Positions 26,847 through 40,677 of a stretch of DNA of 64,000 nucleotides are shown piece by piece. Location of the stretch: contig MU054212.1 of the NCBI GenBank assembly GCA_013239625.1, positions 3,684,744 through 3,748,743 on the forward strand, in the 5' to 3' direction. The DNA comes from Lama guanicoe. Its lineage: Eukaryota. Position numbers and translations under genes: made by a program. Position 1 is the first letter of the stretch. The number at the start of each line of letters is the position of its first letter. The notes under the pieces were generated by a model that did not search any database, was not told the DNA's origin, and was given only the letters and a program-made list of their open reading frames with translations.

Positions 26847-26875
26847 GCGTACAGTGCGAGGCGATAAGGACCTCT
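26847..26875 (-). CDS. Candidate 29-nt exon (alternative acceptor gives 37 nt, to 26883)
   Basis: Donor GTAAGTAAGT; acceptor gggttttAG; 3 CpGs in 29 nt; EVLIASHCT in phase 2->1. Confidence 0.35.
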
Positions 26876-27488
26876 CTAAAACCCTTCAACAATAAAATTT
26901 ATAGAGCAAAAAGTTCCATTGGAATTAAATAAAGCTATTGCCCTTGATAATATTTTATAAATGTCAAAGCACGAGGAATCTGTATCATATTGGCATATTA
27001 TTAGTGTTTAAAATTTATGAACAATATTTCTACCAACTGTGCAAACAAAAAGCAAATTACTTAAATTTTCTTAACCTGTTTCCTTGTCTGTAAGAAAAAT
27101 GATACCTACCTGTAAGAATTCAGATCTGACCTGTCAACACGTCAGAAACAGTAAAGTCTTTTTTATATGTAAGTTCTACTTTACTCACCTATCACTGAAA
27201 TAGTGATTTATCTAATTCCAAAACTTAAGAGTAAAATTCCTATACCTCTGAAGGAAAACACAAGGACTCTTCCATAATATACAGCATCAATGGACGCTTA
27301 ATTTACAAGAAGTCGATGTTCTTCCTTTATGCCTCCTCCACACTGACACTGATTTAATGCCACAAAAAACTGGCAGAATAAAGACCATACAGAGAACAGG
27401 GTTCTGAAGGAAGAGGGCAGGAAACAGAACTAAACAACCAGGTTAGTGCAAAAGGAAGGAGGAGGAGAGTAGTTTTCTTTTTGTATAC

Positions 27489-27615
27489 CTGATGTCTACT
27501 TCACGATAGCTAAGTTGAAGGCTTTGCTGATTTGTACACAGTGTCCATGCACCAGAGCCTCTTCTTGCCCATTTGTACATCTCAAAAAACAACCCATTTA
27601 GTTTAAATTTTCTCC
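27489..27615 (-). CDS. Candidate 127-nt exon (phase 1->2): RKFKLNGLFFEMYKW...YREVDI
   Basis: Acceptor aatatattttAG, donor CAG|GTATAC; only one open frame. Confidence 0.3.
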
Positions 27616-29409
27616 CTAAAATATATTCTATGGATTGATATAAAGCAATAAATGTCAGTTCAATAATTCTAACAATGGGAAAAACAAAAATGTAAAGACA
27701 GTATTTCTGGCTTCAGCACAACTGTAGAAAAGGGCCAGGCTGGGGAACTCAGAGCATCAAACTGGAAAACAGCAGTCTTAGCCCATCGCATCTGTGATGA
27801 GAATTGTGTTGGCTTCGTCCGTACGTTTATTCAGCTTCCATATGCACCAAACAGAAGACAAAGGCTAACATCGTGGAGACAGTGCAGCTGATCTAGACTG
27901 TTTGGCCTGACTGATACTCAGCTAGTTTGTGCTCTTCAGCCCTATCTAAAGAATTTAAAATTTAATTCAACAGGCATTATTTAATGCCTTCTCTATGCAA
28001 GGCACTGTGCTAGGTTTAATACAATTTTTCTTATTCTTCCATTATATGTTTATGCCTACCAACCCGTTTACAATGCTTGTAGTTCAGACTAACTTAAAAT
28101 CTAATCTGTGCTCAATTGAAATGTGGGGTTTGGAAACTCAGTTGATTAAGTCCAAATTGAGAAGCAATAGAATTTTAAAACAGCTTCTAACATGCAAAAG
28201 AAACAGGTTTTGCAGCCCAGATCATTTAAGAGCAATTATTTTTTTTTAGTTACATAAAGAGACATTTTCGGGCCTCTAATTGCTCCAAATTTATCTGCTG
28301 AAGAGCCATTATGATCCATTTTTAACCCCTCTCTGACATCAAGAACTAATGCTGTAATTGAACTGTGTCATCATTGATCTCAATTCTAAACCATTAGGAG
28401 AGCTGGTTTCTGTCTTTCACTGCAATTGCACCATTTTCCTCCTAATCACTCCAGGGCCTGCAGACATGCACACTATAACCAAGAAAGAACTGTTTAAAGC
28501 CCAGCTAGATGTTGTGAATAAATACCCTGCCTAGTAGACTATTATTTGCTATTTTCACAAATTTAAAGTAAGGATACAAATGCAGACATCTATTTTTAAA
28601 GCTATTTCCCCTTCTTTTTCCTTTGCCCAAAACATCTTTTATAGTAACTTAATTTAGTTTGCTTGCTCACATTTATAACAGAGATAAGTGCATCAAAGAA
28701 TCTTAGATCTGTCCCACAGCTGATGCTAAATACATCAAACTAAGTTTTATTCTTAAGGGATATGAAACCCATACGAAGAAGAAATTACATAAAGAAAATA
28801 CATGGAGAAACTGTGTTTGAGCCTTGGAATCACAGCTATGCATTAAAACAGCTTTAATACACTAACAACTGCTATACTCCTGAGCTAAATCTTCACTTAA
28901 TCCTGACCTCAATATGAAGGAGAAAAAAGGAATATCTAATTCAGTGGACATTAAATTGATCAAATTACTGGGTTTTACTGCTTAATTTAGGAAGTCATAT
29001 TTTTATTATTTAACACAAGTAGATGTCTTGTTTATTATAACATCTATAAAACTTGGCACTTAAGTCTGAAAAAATAAGGCTTCTTCTCTCAGAAGCTAGT
29101 AAAGTACTAATCCCACACCTCCTTCTACCATAAAAATGATTTCAGAGAAAGCACAACTGCCCCCAAACCAGGGACCCGGAAGTGCAAAGAACAGAGGGGG
29201 CGCTCAGGAGCACAGGCTTCTGATCTCAGCGCCAGAGTTACTGACCCAAGCTTCACATTTCCTCTAAGCGTCAACGTCTGTTGTAAAAGTGGGAGTTGAA
29301 ATAAAATGGGGTCCAAGTCCCTTCTGACCCACAGATTAAGAAACAAAAAGCTACACAGTGTCATCACTAATCTGTTTGGAATTAATGTAGTGCCAATGAT
29401 AAAGCTGGA

Positions 29410-29945
29410 CACTACTTAAAAATAATAAAGACAGATTTTATTCAGTAACGACCACTGCAACAGAGGAGGGAACACAGGGTAACCTGAGCTCAACTCTCCT
29501 GAAACACAAGGCAGGAGACTTTTTCAATGCTGGGGTGTGCCAAAGGAAGGACACTCGAGGACACTAACGGATGGAGGGGTAGGTCCATGGACTAGGCCGT
29601 CTGGGTTTGCTACCTGGGACGCACACAGAAGAGAAGCAAACACCCCACATCCTTATGCCAGGAGATATAAAGAGGCAGGATGCCCACCAAAGTCTGGCTT
29701 TGTCTTCCTTCAGAGCCTGAGAGCAGAGAGAGTGAGTGTTCTCTCTGGATGTTTTCATTTCAAAGAGACTGCTCCCAGATCCTTGAGTCGTCAGTCTTAG
29801 GTGGTAGGGAAGTTTCATCTCAAAGTTCAGAGAAAGGATTTCTAATTTCAAGTTTTTTCAGGGAGGCATTTTAAGGGGTGTCTGGGGTCATACTAGTGAC
29901 ATGGCCTTAAGCAGCTAGAACATGCTAGAGTTTGGACAAAGAGTC
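29410..29945 (-). mobile_element. ERV1-class LTR relic
   Basis: aaagacagattttattcagtaac...ctgagctcaactc...gggtttgct; antisense AATAAA near the left end. Confidence 0.5.
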
Positions 29946-31145
29946 TTTGTCAGGAGCAATGGACCAGTTCAGGACATTCATAACCATCTGGTGTCTTGAC
30001 GGAGACTAAAGCTCAGATGAGAAAACTTTCTACTGTAGCACTGAATCAAATTTTTCAAAGGTACAAAAAGTCTAGTCATATAACAGTTTTTGGTTCTGCC
30101 ATATGTATGGATGCTTAAAATAGGAAAAAGAAAAAAAAAGTTGGCCCAAAATATCTTAGCCAATGGCTCCATCTAGCTTTATTATAGCACTGTCTTGAGT
30201 CGTTTAAAAATGTATAACTGCATTTCTCTTAAATGCCTAATAGCTGAATGTTCAGTCCATTTTAATACTATTTGCCCGCAGAAAAATGGGTCACGTATGA
30301 TAGTCAGAAAGGCCGTAGTGGAGAATGACAAGTCCATTTGTATCAACACTCATAGTTCTTCATATTCTTTTATCACCTTTTCTAAAATAAGGGATTTCAG
30401 ACTGAAAGATCTTGAGATTTAAATGTGCATTTTTGTAAATGCAAATGAAAATATTAAAGGTGCTCAATGTATTCATGGAGCAGATTGATATTTTTCCACA
30501 CAATAATGCTAATATGCTGTGCCCTCTGCAGTGGGACCATAATTAAACCTGTTGGCATTTCCATTTTAAACCTAGTCATAAAAAGTCTCTCTGAGCAGTA
30601 ATGTGCCATTCCAAGACTCGAGCCAGCAGTCTCCACTGTTCAGGAACAATATTTGAGAAGTTTTAGCAGGGGGTCAAGTTCTAATAAGGTAAAACATTTA
30701 GCAGAATTTTTCTTTATTTCACCCAAGATGCTTGTTTGCCCTCTACCAACTAATTTCAATCTCATGTGTGATGTTTATAAATAGCATGAGAAATGCATTC
30801 AAGCTCCAGTTGAGAAAATGTAGTATATACTGTTGTATCCAGTTGTGTTAGATCCATAGTTTAAATAATCTGAGAGGACAATGTTTAAGAAAATTACAAA
30901 TAAAAATTAGAAATGAAAGTGAATATTTGAATGAGAAAAGTGACCATAAGCTAAAAGTTAGAAAGGCTAACAAAGGCCACAACATCAAAATCCAGAAGGA
31001 TCACAAGATAGGTTATCTTCCACCCATATAATATTATTTTTCTTAGATATTTTGGCTGCATACTCTTTGATCACCCCTTTATACGACAAAGACTTTATAA
31101 TATCATTTATCATGAAGAGAATTTAGTCAGTCTTTCCCTCTACCA

Positions 31146-31368
31146 TCAGAAGTTGGCAAACTTGCTCTAAAAGGCCACGTGGTAAATATTTCAGACTCTG
31201 CACCAAACGGTCTCTGTTATAGCTATTCAGCTCTGCGACAGCAATCAGTAACAGACAGTACATTTTCACGTGTCATGAAATATTTTTCTCCCAATCATTT
31301 AAAAGCATAAAGATTATTCTTAGATCATGGGCCATAGAACATATAGACCAGTTTGCCAACCTTTGTTC
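31146..31368. mobile_element. MER58B-like hAT element within an AT-rich, probably older DNA-transposon region
   Basis: cagaagttggcaaac...aaaggccacgtggtaaatatttcagact...tttcacgtgtcatgaaata...agtttgccaacc; inverted termini. Confidence 0.75.
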
Positions 31369-32285
31369 TACTCCAGTTGATAGCTTTCAAAATCTATCAA
31401 TAATTAATAAATTTCTACTTTCAGCTTCTTAAGTCATTGTTAATATGTATATTTTAACGGTAGTTGTCAAAGTTATAAAAAAAATTTTTTTACATATGAA
31501 CATTTTGAGTTTTTTCTGCTACGACTAATTTTAACTTGAATTTAACCAGTTTGTCATTGATAACAAAACTCATATGATCCTTTGCATTGAGGTTTAGCTG
31601 TTATATTAGTATTCTGTATTAAATCAAGAAGTTTTAACATTTTCCCCAAAGTGCTCATGTCATTCAGTCATATGATTCAAAGAACCTATTCACCACTTCC
31701 ATTAGAAATGTGTCACTTCCTCTTTATTACTGCTTTTACCACACTCTTAAAAATTTGTTATGTTCAATGTTAGTGTAATTTCTATTGATTTCATCACTTT
31801 CGTCACTTTGTTTCATATTTATGCATTTTTTAAATCTGAAATTTCTCAGTTCTTTAATAATTTTAAAGATGACAAGACTCATCATATCCATCTAAATCAG
31901 GTCTGATTTCTCATGTTTTAGTGAAACATTCCAAAACATCTTTTCAAAACACCTAGCAACTTTGTGTCAAGACGCCAGGTCCACTGGCACAGTATTCCAG
32001 GAATCCACTTTGTGATGCCAGGACTCACTGAACCATATTATACACAAATGAAAACCACAGCAGCATGTCTCATCAGACTCAATACAACGTATTCCCAACT
32101 CAGTTATGCCTCAGGCAGGTATCAAAAATGTCTACAGCTAACCCAATACACTCAATGAGCGGGGAAGAGGTAAAGGAAGGGAAAGAGGTTGGAAAAGACA
32201 ACAAAGTTTACCAGTTCCATAACCATGCTAAGACCTGGGTAGGGCCCCTTCCCTGCCTGGCCTTTAAGGTGTCTGCATTTCTTAC

Positions 32286-32431
32286 CTTCGTAAGTCTGGT
32301 CAATCCACTGCTTATTGCTCCCCAGAAGGTCTGTCATGCAGCTAGACAGTCCCCCATAGCCCCATGTACCACATTCTCTTGAACATTTCAGCCCACAAAT
32401 GGCCAAAGATGAACATTTAATGAGTAATATT
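32286..32431 (-). CDS. Candidate 146-nt exon (phase 2->1): ILLIKCSSLAICGLK...WIDQTYE
   Basis: Branch and acceptor ttCTGACttcctctAG, strong donor AAG|GTAAGA; only one open frame. Confidence 0.4.
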
Positions 32432-35400
32432 CTAGAGGAAGTCAGAATACATGCATTCATCTTACAAATTACACAAAAGGCAATTATTTTTTAAAAACAC
32501 AGAAAGTAATCATTCAATGGTTTTGAAAAAGAACACATTAGGAAACTCGTCTACTGAGATTTGAAAATGATGTGTATGCTTAGGACATTTCATTCAACAA
32601 AGCCTAGCAGAAAATTTTATATCACAATCACACATCATAATTACTGATTCTAATTTAATTATGTGATTGCACGTATTTATTTACTCCAGGAACTATAACA
32701 AATATACAGTAATTAAATGGCATAACAAAAGGCTAAATTTTCTAAGGAAAACAATTCATAAAGCTTCTTACATAGTAAAAAAAAAAAAAGAAAAAAGAAA
32801 AAATTAAAAAGGTTAATTACAAGCTTACAAAAGCAGCCTACTCTGATTTGAAAGATAATTACAGTCAGCTCATTGACCTTCTCTACTGTACTAGACGTTC
32901 TTTTCAAGAGTAAAGGAAGGAGAAAGTTATAGGAGGAGAGTTTCAGGTTTGAGTATCTTCATAGCTTGGAAAGCAACCACCATGCTCCTAGAAATTTCCA
33001 TAAAATTCTCTTTGTGTAAACGAAGTCATTTGAGGGTTAACTAATCTGCAGTTCAAACCTCTGTCCTTTCTTCTTGACTTTCTTTTAGCCTTAGGGTCCT
33101 TGTAATACGTTTCTGGTCTTAAACCCACAAGCTTTTGAGCGTCTATTGTTTTCCTAATATAAACTTACTAGCTTTTTTCTGTGATTATCCATGTAAAGGA
33201 TAATTAACTCCAAGAAATTACTATTTTTAAGACTTAGACATTATAGGAACAGTACAGGTACACTGAACTGTATTTTCCATCCTATTAAACTAAATACTCT
33301 AATTTTAAAACACATGTTCACAGGTCTGCCTGGCTTTGAAAAAAATCAAATATGAGATAAAAATACAAAAAACCCAGATAGTTTAGAATAAAAATATTAC
33401 TCATATTACAGAGAAAATACTCCATTATTTCTTCAGTTTTGAGTTTCTCTAAATTACAAGCTAACCTATGGCATTTAAAATACAGCTTATTTTTAAAACT
33501 TTTATTTATACACAGTATAATAATGAAACTGTCTCTAACTTCCTTAAGCCTGTATCAAGCATCCTTATCAGGCTATAGTTCCACCCTATAGCAGTTAATC
33601 TCTCATTGGGAGACCAAAATAATGATGTTTTCATAATTATATCCTCCATTATGCTTACTTATAATTATATTAAAGAGTTAATTTCTATGAGTAATTCTAT
33701 TACTAAGTAATAGACGATTTATGAACACTGTAGAGCTTTGGAGGACTGTTTGGAGAAAATGCTTAATTAGGCCATGGTGTGAATTTTGACATCTTTCTCC
33801 ATGGTTCACAGAATACACTTCTGCTGACACATATCTTCAACAGTTTGATCAACATAAAATCTTATCTTTCCAATATTAAAAACAGTAGTACAGGATCATA
33901 ATATGATGAGAAACAAAAAAAGTTTTTATTTTTTAAATAAATGTCATCTTAGTAAGTCAGCAAGCCAAAATGATCTAAGAACATTGAAAAATAAAATTTG
34001 TGTGAAAATACACCGCTCACAAAATATGATGGACTTGTGATGGATGAAAACAGCTTTGAATCCAAGAAGCCCCCATTCTAGGGGGGAGTAAGCTTGGGGC
34101 ATAAACATGTTGCTTCAGGGAGTCTGAAGCAATTCGCCCACTGCTTCACTGATATTGTCAACATTGGCACTTACTGTGTTATCACTTTCCTGCCAGAGAA
34201 TGTACTAAAACTAGACACTCATTAGGTGGGACCCCAACGGCCAGCAAATAGAGCTTAGGCTAAAGAATCTACTTTCTTCTTCATTTATCTACACTTAGAT
34301 AAGCCACATGATTGTAACAAACAGTGACAACATTAATGGAAGTCACTAACATTGAAGCAGAATTCTCAAGTTTCTAATTTATAGGGAGCTAAATCCAAAC
34401 ATGTTATTAACGTAGAGGATCCATGCACTGGCACATACAGGCTGTGATTCAACTCTGTAACAGTTTTTTAGGTGCTTCCTTACATTCTAATATTTGATTT
34501 CACACTTCCTGGCCCAGGCATGCACGTGCGGTCCATCCCCGAGTTCTACGGCACTGTGACAGTGGCACTGAAAACTGCTAGTGTTCTCAGTCAGCCATGT
34601 TGGCCAAGAAATCGTGTTATAATCAAATTTAAACAGGGTCCGATGTAAATCAGATATTCTCACAACATATATTTTCACAAACACATTTCTCACTAATGAG
34701 TCTTTATGTGTTTACAAGGGATGAGGTATTCAAACAATTTTGTGACTCATAAATTTAATTTGGCCTCAGTATCACCTGTTCCAATGTGAGAAAAATATTC
34801 TGCCAATATAGTACTTGCTATTCAAACGCAGCTTTAAGACAAGTCTTTCCCCATTCCAACTTATTGCCCCATAGAGACTCCCCCCCAAAGAGAAATACCG
34901 AAACTGTTAGAGGTCTTTTTAAATCGTGCAGTAATAAGAGACCTACGTAAGGCTCTAGTTCATTCTTCTGTTCAGCTGCCAAAACTCCACACACATGCCC
35001 ACTCCAGCCAGACCAAATTATCAGAATTCATTTTCAGCGTCCCTGACACCCTATAAAATGAGGTGGAGACCACCCCAAGTACGTAATAAAAACGTAAAAT
35101 TCATTCAGTCTTTCAAGTCTCAGATTAGTAAGCATCTTTTATCAGAAGTTACTCAAATAAGTTATATTAATGTTAAAACATTCTGAGGACAGTAACTTGC
35201 TGCTTTCAAGAGCTACGTTTTATCTCACTGCATCACCAAATAATGGAACCCGTGGTAGCTCTGACTACAAGTCTCCCTTGGGTCCATGGATTTTAGTGAC
35301 CTTGGCTGAAGGCTCCACCCACCTACGCAATTCCTGGTAAGTTCTAGTAAAAATATCAATTTACACCTTGACAATACTCTTCCTTTCCTGTATTTCATTC

Positions 35401-36086
35401 AAGCAATGAAAACTTTTTCTGAATTCTAAGTCTTGGGGGAAAAAAGAGAAATGAGTAACACTAATTCTCTTCTACGATCACTAAAATGACGTTAATTACA
35501 CTGGACCCAAACATGATTGACTTGTGTAACAGAAATCAACATCATAATGTATGATGTGAATTCCATACAAATTCTGGGCATCTGGGTAATTCTCACACAT
35601 ACCTTCATACTGCTCTTTATCATCCTTAGAAGATTTTCCTATGTGGATCTATGTTTGTAAGATTCATAAAAATAGATGCATAATCAAGCTGAACTCTTCA
35701 AAAATAGTTTCTAACCTTCCATCTGAACCTCTGCCTCTCCCGGATTAGACAGTTCTGATGAATCTAGCTAGAGACCTAGCATCTTACAGTGAACCACAAT
35801 CCTTACTTCTCCTCCCAACCATCCTAACCTGCTCAGTTTATAAACAGACCTGATTTCAAGCTCAGGGGTAGGTTTAGTGTTTTCACTGTGGTCTGTCCAG
35901 GACTGGTACGTTCAGCCAATCTATGTACCTTAGATATAACCAGAGCAAGCACGGTATGATTTTTCTCAGCACAGCACCTGGCTCCCTGGGCCGCTTGCTG
36001 GACACTCTGATACCTGGTGAAACGGGAGGCTGCTGTCGACATAAATGTTCTGACAAGAGCAATGTACAAAGCATGGCTAGAAAGCC

Positions 36087-36192
36087 GTTCTCAAATGAAC
36101 CACCGGGCTCGAGTCCTGGGAATCTGTGTTTAACACGCACCCCGGGTGATTTCAGCGCTGGTCACGGGCAACCAGGTGTTCAGAAACACTGC
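36087..36192. mobile_element. MER5A-like fragment
   Basis: gttctcaaa...cctgggaatctgtgtttaacacgcacccgggtgattt...ttcagaaacactg. Confidence 0.65.
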
Positions 36193-36549
36193 TACTGCGC
36201 CGTCACAGCCAAGCGTCAGCGTCACAGCTTCCCACACGAGCCCTGTACGTTGCTTCTGACACAGTGAGCTCGATATATTTCTTTCTCTTCTAAATGATTT
36301 AGCAACTTGTCCTTCAGGAGATTCTCACCAAGCAGTGGTCTAGAATTTGAAGTTAGTTTGTGTCATTGCTAAAAAACATGAAAGAAAAGCTCCCTATGAT
36401 TCAAAACGCACGACACCGAGGTACTCTGTGAGGTGATGTGCACCTACTTTCCAGTTTAATCAGGGGACTACAAGCTTTCTTTAACACAGGTCCTCACGAG
36501 AACAATACTGCACCAGATAGTGCACTCATCGAAGACGATACAGCAGTAC

Positions 36550-37050
36550 AAAACTGTATATACAGTACCTGACATCAAGGAGCTGGTCGCCTAGTCAGGG
36601 AACAGAAATAGACATGTGTCGTACACTACGTGGAAAGAAGCCCCACAGACAAGGTAACTCGGGAGAAGGGGAAGACAAAGGGACACGACACACAGCTTTT
36701 CTCAGAAAAGCTGCCCTGGGAACGGAAGGAGGTGAGAGATGTGACTGGGTCTGGATTACTGATTTATTTTGAACGTGGAGCTAACAGGATATGCCAACAG
36801 CTAGAGATCAGAGGAAAGCAAAAATGAAAGATGAGTCCAAAACTTTTGGCCTAAGCAGAATAATGTTCCCACTTACTGAGCTGGCCAGTATTCTGAGGGA
36901 CAGGGCTATCATCACTTGCATTCTGTTTTAAGGGTCAGAACATCTGGGCTGCCCTTGCTTACGGCCGTTGCCACAGGTAACACAGCTTGTACACAGCGGA
37001 GGTGGGCTTGAACCCAGTCAGTCAGACTCTGGAGGCTATACACAACCACA
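36550..37050 (-). mobile_element. L2 relic followed by MIR fragment
   Basis: cctgacatcaaggagct...aaagatgagtccaaaacttttggcctaagca; gggcttgaacccagtcagtcagactctgga. Confidence 0.6.
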
Positions 37051-40000
37051 GAGGCGGCTCTAAGACCCGTCATCCTGCGCCCGCCCCCAGGCTGGCTTTG
37101 ATACAGCCCTAGAATCTCAAGCAGCTCAGAATAAGCACAGACAGAAAAGGAGGGTTAGAGCCACTGCACAGGGCTCTGAGAACACCGCCATGCCCGCCTG
37201 ATGCCCCTCCGCAGGCTCCCCGGCAGAGCAGAGGGGCCTGCCCGTTCCCCTGGTGTGACATGTCAGAGATTCCTGCTGCTCCTTTCCATCTATATATAGG
37301 CAGGGCCAGCCCCGGGCAGGTGCAGCACGCAGACAGGACCTCAGCACCCCTCCTGTACACCACCGCCCTCCACCATATGGTACGTGGGTGGAATTAGGTT
37401 AAAAAGAACTTCAAGGACAACCTTGGAGGAGAAATGAAACCATCACCAAAAGGAAACACGCAGTGGAATAAAGGGGAAGTCGCTAGATGATAAAGGTGGT
37501 GGAGGGCTGAGCCTACACACAAGGAATGTGTGGCTGGCCACCTGTCCGTTGTTCTTCAGAAGTTTCTACACTGCTGATTAAGTTTCAGGCTGGGGAGAGG
37601 AGCAAGAGGAAGGGAAAAAAGCATCCACTGATCATCTGATAAGAGCTGGACACTGGACTATGTGCTTTATATGTTTTCACAACACCACGTGGCCTTGTCA
37701 TTATTATGACAATTTCAGAGATTGGAGCGAACTCTGCTGCACGAGGTCCACCTGGAAGCTCCATGCGGCAGGTGAGCTCCTGCCCGGTTCACACCGTATT
37801 CCCAGGGCCTAACACCCAGAGGGGTGGGGAGAGTCGAGGCCCCTTGACTCTTGAGGGAGGTAATGCCTCCCTCTTTCCAATTCTAGTTTCCAACCTAGCG
37901 TCACCTCCCTCTCCACCGTGAGGAGAGGCGGGGCTGAGAGCCCCAGGGCCACTCCTGCTATGCAGGTGGCTGAGGCTGTGGGCAGCAGAACAAGCCAGAA
38001 GGTGCACCATCGAGCAACGGTGGTGACCACCGGAAAGCGCGCCAAAGAGGCAAGAACTGAGAGGGCGGGCGTGCCGTGCCGGGAAAGCCGCAGCTCACCT
38101 GCTCTCAATTTGCACAGGAAAAGGGAGCCTTCTCTTTCAAGCAGACAGTTGCATCTGCCTGCAGAGGAGACGAAGTCCTGAAAATCTGTCATCCCCCAGG
38201 GGTTCTGCTTTGGAGTCCATGCCCTGGATAGACGCCTCCACCACCCAGGCGCTTCTGGCAGCTGGTCGGGCCGCTTCCCGTTCTCAGCCACCTGCTTCTC
38301 TGAGTCACTGGTCTTGATGCCTCTGAAGTATACCCAGCCCCCCTAACAGCCTTAATTCATCTGCTCATTCCATTACCATTTATTCTCAGCAGAGGCGCTA
38401 ATTAAGAATGTGAAATCGTGGTATACCAACAAGAGGCAAGGTAAAGGAACCGTGTGACCTCCCATCCCTGGACTTGGAAGTGGACAGGAACTTTTTACTC
38501 TTATTGTAAATTTACACTCCTACTCAGACAATTAATTTGGGATGGGATTACTTTATAGCCCCCTCCCCGGGGAGGTCCAAAGAACCAGTGTTAAACCACA
38601 TTACTGTGAAACTGTCCTTTATCACTGATTAAAAACAAAATCCAGAAGCAGTTGTAATCAGTTGATATCTGGGTAGAACTAGTACCTAAAATGCCCAACT
38701 TTAGAGCAACGACTCAAAACACCAAAGCTTAGCATTCTCTAAATATTCAAAAGTACAGAGCAAAGAGCTGCCCATTAGACAACCTGGAATCTCTCTTTTA
38801 CCTAAGTAATGTATGATCTGAGAAAACTTTCTTCTTTCTTCCCCTACTAGGCAGTCCTTGTTTCCCAGTCTAAAACGTCTCAGTGTAGCCTTACACTTCA
38901 TTTGATAATGGATTTAAAGATGTCTCAGCATCCATGTTTCCTTCTGTGCTACACAATGGAGGGGGAAGCAAGCAAGCACTGTGCTGCATTAATTTTTATG
39001 CCCCTTACAATGATTCTTTTTAGAATACATTGTATTATTGGCCGGCGCTGGGCTTTCTGTAATTATAGAAAATCATGGGAGATATGCCACGTTCCAAAGC
39101 CCTTCCAGGGAACCCATCCTATCCTCACCTCTGGGTGTGTCCTTCATTACGACTCCCTTTAGAGCTTCACAAATACCAGGGAGTGCTACCCAGCTAGGAT
39201 ACCCAACTCAAAAGTTTCTCACTTTGGCAAAGCCCCACCCTTGTCATACCACAAAAACTGTAACACTAATGCCCCTGATAAACGTTAACACCAACTGTTG
39301 CGGGATAGAGAGAGAGAAAGAAAATAACACAACATGTTCAAAAGCACCTGCGTGAACCAGATGCTTTCTGGGAGAAAATGTGAAAATTAGATATGGAGAA
39401 TTTTTGAGATAAGTTTTCACAACAATTAAATGTGAGAAGGTAAAGAAATGGTGTCAGTTCACAATGAACAGAGGGATAAAGCAGTTTATAAGAAAAGAAT
39501 ACCTTCCCTATTAGAATTACAGTCTGAAGCCACAAAAAGCCTGCGGGCCACCCTTCAGACCTCTGTGAGCTCAGCCCACTGAGGGAATGTGCCAGAGATG
39601 TTACATTTTGGCAGAAGGCAAAGACTCATGGCGTGCAAGAAACACCCTAACTGCTTTTCCTCAACAGAAAAGGATTGTTCCCTATTAAGTTGGCCACTGG
39701 CATCTTTTACTTCTTGGAGAATTAAGCAGAATAACAAATCACACATTGTGTTGGTAGCCAGCTAAGGAGGAGGTGTGTCTGTGTTGCAATAGCAAATGCT
39801 GTGAGCTTCATGTCAGGACCCAAATTCTCTCCTTCCCCAGCCTTCTTATCTACCTCGGGGGACATGCAGCCATGAAGAGCTTCAGGGTGGTGGTGATAAT
39901 GATGCAATGTGTACACACACACACAGTGGGCAGTATACATTTAATTTCACACCAAAAACAAACCTGCATGTTCACTGCTTTTTCAAGAATTTAATATTAC

Positions 40001-40641
40001 CAAAATATTTTTTTAAATAAAGGGAAAAACAAACAACCATCCTTCTATTCCTTGGAGAACACAGATCCAAGTATCTGAATTCACCTGAGTCCAGACTTCC
40101 ATCCACATTCCAGAACAATCAATGCAGTTAATTCAGTCAATTTATCTAATCAAACATATTGAAATAACCTTTCTATCTTGCTTCAGTATTACCCAACTAC
40201 CAAGAACTCGGTTCTATTCTCAAGATTTATGAAACACCTGTAAACTACTTCTCAGGATTCAAATACATTACAATAGAATGACTGGTTGAGACTCAGAAGA
40301 AACAAGTATCCATAAAAATGAGACAGATAGTATTTGATGAACAGAATTGAGAGAATTGGGGGAACAAAAGCTTCCTTCATCATCTTTCCTCCCTCCTTCC
40401 TCTCCTTTTGCCCTCAAATCAGAATATAGCCAGACACAACCTTTTTTCTCTCTCATATCTTTTTTTGATGCCTCAGTTCAAATTATGAAGACTGAATATT
40501 CTCTTTTGGAAATTTAATCTTAATGCTGTTTCCATGTCAGGAATACCCTAAGTGATGGTGTTCAACCAAACATCCCATAAAAACTGAGGAGGCTGAAAAA
40601 CAGATTGAGAAAAATACTTCTCCCTTTAATGTCTGGCTTAC

Positions 40642-40677
40642 CTGATCCACATTCTATGACTATTTGTTTCTAAGCCT
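40642..40677 (-). CDS. Candidate 36-nt symmetric exon (phase 2->2): GLETNSHRMWI
   Basis: cctttttaatctAG ... CAG|GTAAGC. Confidence 0.25.

Noticed and set aside
37809..38291. 160-aa minus ORF and overlapping ORFs
   Set aside because: Local GC richness explains the lack of stops; no domain or clear splice pair.
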